Below are positions 62,101 to 64,000 of a DNA stretch of 64,000 bases, in pieces. The notes beneath the pieces were generated by a model. That model saw only the letters and a program-made list of their open reading frames with translations. It searched no databases and was not told the DNA's origin. How positions within the stretch are numbered: the first letter of the stretch is position 1; every line of letters begins with the position of its first letter. A program made the position numbers and the translations under genes. This DNA is from Lepidodermella squamata (lineage: Eukaryota; Animalia; Gastrotricha): contig JBLDXI010000028.1 in the NCBI GenBank assembly GCA_047495785.1, positions 496,001 through 560,000 of the forward strand, read 5' to 3'.

Positions 62101-63352
62101 ATGTTTCATCCTCAACGCGGCATCAGACTGAAATCCTTGCTCTGTTTCGCCATCGTCATCGTGATACTGTGCTTGTGGAAATTACAAAGAAGCAATGTCG
62201 ATGAGCCGTTTTCAAATACATTGTCGCTAACTGGGTGCCCGGTAAGAAAAACTGAGAAACTTTATATTTTTACACCTTTGATTTGCCAGCCAGATGAAGT
62301 CATCAGAAGTCGGATGAACGAACGCAAAAACAGAATTCGCGAAGTTTGCAAGCAGCTGAGGGATTCTCCTCCGGCATTCAAGCCTCGCTTCAATCTCAAA
62401 TCTAAGATGTGGGAAGATACGCGCTACAAAACACAGTAAACATTCAATGTTTCATCGTTATTCATCAATTATGTTGAATTGTATAGCTCTAAAATAGCGT
62501 GGTGGAACGATCTTTTCGTCAATGAGAAATACAAAACTGTGTACTGCGGGTTGGATTTGCAGGAAATATGATGAAAACCCTCTCATTTTACCTGTGTAAC
62601 TAGTGTGCCTAAAGTTGGGACTCGAAACGTCATGCATTATCTGTGGCATTTGAGCGAAAATCCGGAAATTACAAGCTACAACTACGATCGGAAGCAGCAA
62701 ATGGTGGATTGCAGGTATCCGGACAAGTTTGAGACACACCTTCGGCCGCTGAATCGGTACTCTCACAAAGAGGCGATGGCGATAATGGGTAATTTCTCAA
62801 AATTCGCTTTCGTACGAGAGCCCGTTGATCGGATTCTATCGGCATGGCGCGACAAATTTTCTACAAATAGCAGCGACAGCGTTGGCCGGCATTACTGGGC
62901 TGTAAGTCTAGCTCTCATGTGACCTTAAAGCGTTTTATTTTGCGTAATTGAAGAGGTATGCTTCGAAGATGAGAGGGTTGATCACCAACACAACCGAATC
63001 GAAAGACCCGTTGCCGCTTGATTTGGAGATCTTCCTCCAGCAAGTTTACCAGATGAATTCGCCGCTCACCATGGAAGTTCATTGGCGGCCTCAAATCCAC
63101 GTGTGCAGCTTTTGCGCCATTGATTACGACTACATCGGCAAGTTCGAAGATTTCGGCTGCGAAATTGAATTTATTGCTCGGCAGTTGACTGGCAGAACAA
63201 TAGTTCCGCGAATGCCTTCACCAGATCGAAAGCACAGCAGTGGGCATGGCATCTCAAATACCAGCCGGTCATTTCTCAGACAGATTGTAGATAGACATTA
63301 TTACGCTGATTATCAGATGTTCGTTTACCAAACTCCGATTTCCTTGACATGA
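62101..63352 (+). CDS. Golgi carbohydrate sulfotransferase (Sulfotransfer_2; CHST8-14/HNK-1ST family), ~348 aa; exons 62101-62241, 62290-62435, 62487-62549, 62604-62901, 62954-63352
   Basis: Type II TM anchor. 5'-PSB motif YCGVPKVGTRN, 3'-PB motif KFAFVREPVDRILSAWRDKF, and HWRPQ..CS.C.IDYDYIGKFE. Confidence 0.9.
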
Positions 63353-63719
63353 GATGCAATGCCATCGTTAAATGCAATAAAATGGGCCGAGCCGGTTTTT
63401 ATTTGTGAAATTATGTAGCCTTTAATTTGATATTTGATCCTCGAATGAGCAACAGATTTTGTGCTATTGTCGACCTCGATTGATTATTTTTGTTGATTTT
63501 GCCCATTTACCTGATTTAAATATATTGCCGATAGCGCAGATCGTTCTTCTTGAAGTTATGTCAACACAATATTGGAAGCACTCGATCCAATCATGCTGTA
63601 TCCACGGATGGCACGTGCTCTCATGTAAAATTTTTAATTAATTTTTAATTGCGCTCGTCTTGGCGCCGTACACGCGTCAACGAAATGGCGGGAAAAGTTC
63701 GCCAATGTTCCCAGGCCGG

Positions 63720-63726
63720 TATAAAA
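63720..63726 (+). promoter_or_regulatory. TATA box of the CAP-domain gene
   Basis: TATAAAA lies 73 nt before the ATG at 63793, with TCA-type initiator-like sequence 20-30 nt downstream. Confidence 0.5.
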
Positions 63727-63792
63727 TACCGACGACAGCGTCATACTTCATCAATTCTCTCTTTTCCAATTCGCTCTGAACACATTAACAGA

Positions 63793-63950
63793 ATGGCGGG
63801 ATTAACAGTGTTTGCCGTCAGTTGCATCCTATTATTCTTTGTTCAAACTGAAGTCAGTGAAGCTCAATGTCCGATTTGGCAAAACCGTATGTTGGGCTAC
63901 GTCAACCAAGCGCGAGCGATGTACGGCCTTCAGCCGCTCTGCGTCAACGC
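63793..63950 (+). CDS. First exon of a secreted CAP/SCP-domain protein; continues beyond the window
   Basis: Signal peptide MAGLTVFAVSCILLFFVQTEVSEA, then MLGYVNQARAMYGLQPLCVN (CAP helix 1 motif), then a gtgagt donor at 63951. Confidence 0.7.
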
Positions 63951-64000
63951 GTGAGTTATTGTTTCTATCTCGATCGTGAATACATAAATAGTTTCTATCA

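Noticed and set aside
1-64000. Prokaryotic systems (CRISPR arrays, defence operons), rRNA, tRNA or an SL RNA gene
   Set aside because: The DNA is intron-containing animal sequence. No regularly spaced repeat-spacer array, cloverleaf or convincing leader-plus-Sm-site RNA was seen.

Overview
This is eukaryotic, invertebrate-like animal DNA with GT-AG introns, mostly 50-60 nt; the neuroglian-type tail looks spiralian, but the taxon cannot be fixed from this window. All gene models were spliced by hand and close in frame. 1-11 kb is non-coding and holds a foldback TIR element, a MITE and repeated exon-like units. 11.5-34.5 kb holds two convergent paralogous Ig-type membrane receptor genes sharing an unusual ~550-aa ectodomain with no recognisable FN3 repeats. 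One ends in an L1/neuroglian cytoplasmic tail (FNEDGSFIHQY); the other has a Ser-Gly cluster, a Thr-rich stalk and a largely unrelated tail. Between them lie a TspanC8 tetraspanin, a bacterial-type FAD oxidoreductase, an orphan helical protein and a MITE. 38-40 kb holds LINE and MULE debris. 41-64 kb is gene-dense: DENND4 (-) is head-to-head with a co-oriented, possibly operon-like + strand run of AGPAT5, a candidate 32-aa membrane micropeptide, AGFG1, INTS5, SYCE2, COX6A, a carbohydrate sulfotransferase and the start of a CAP/SCP gene. The best candidate for an undescribed system is the paired minimal L1-like receptor locus. Family assignments rest on motif recognition only; no database search was run.
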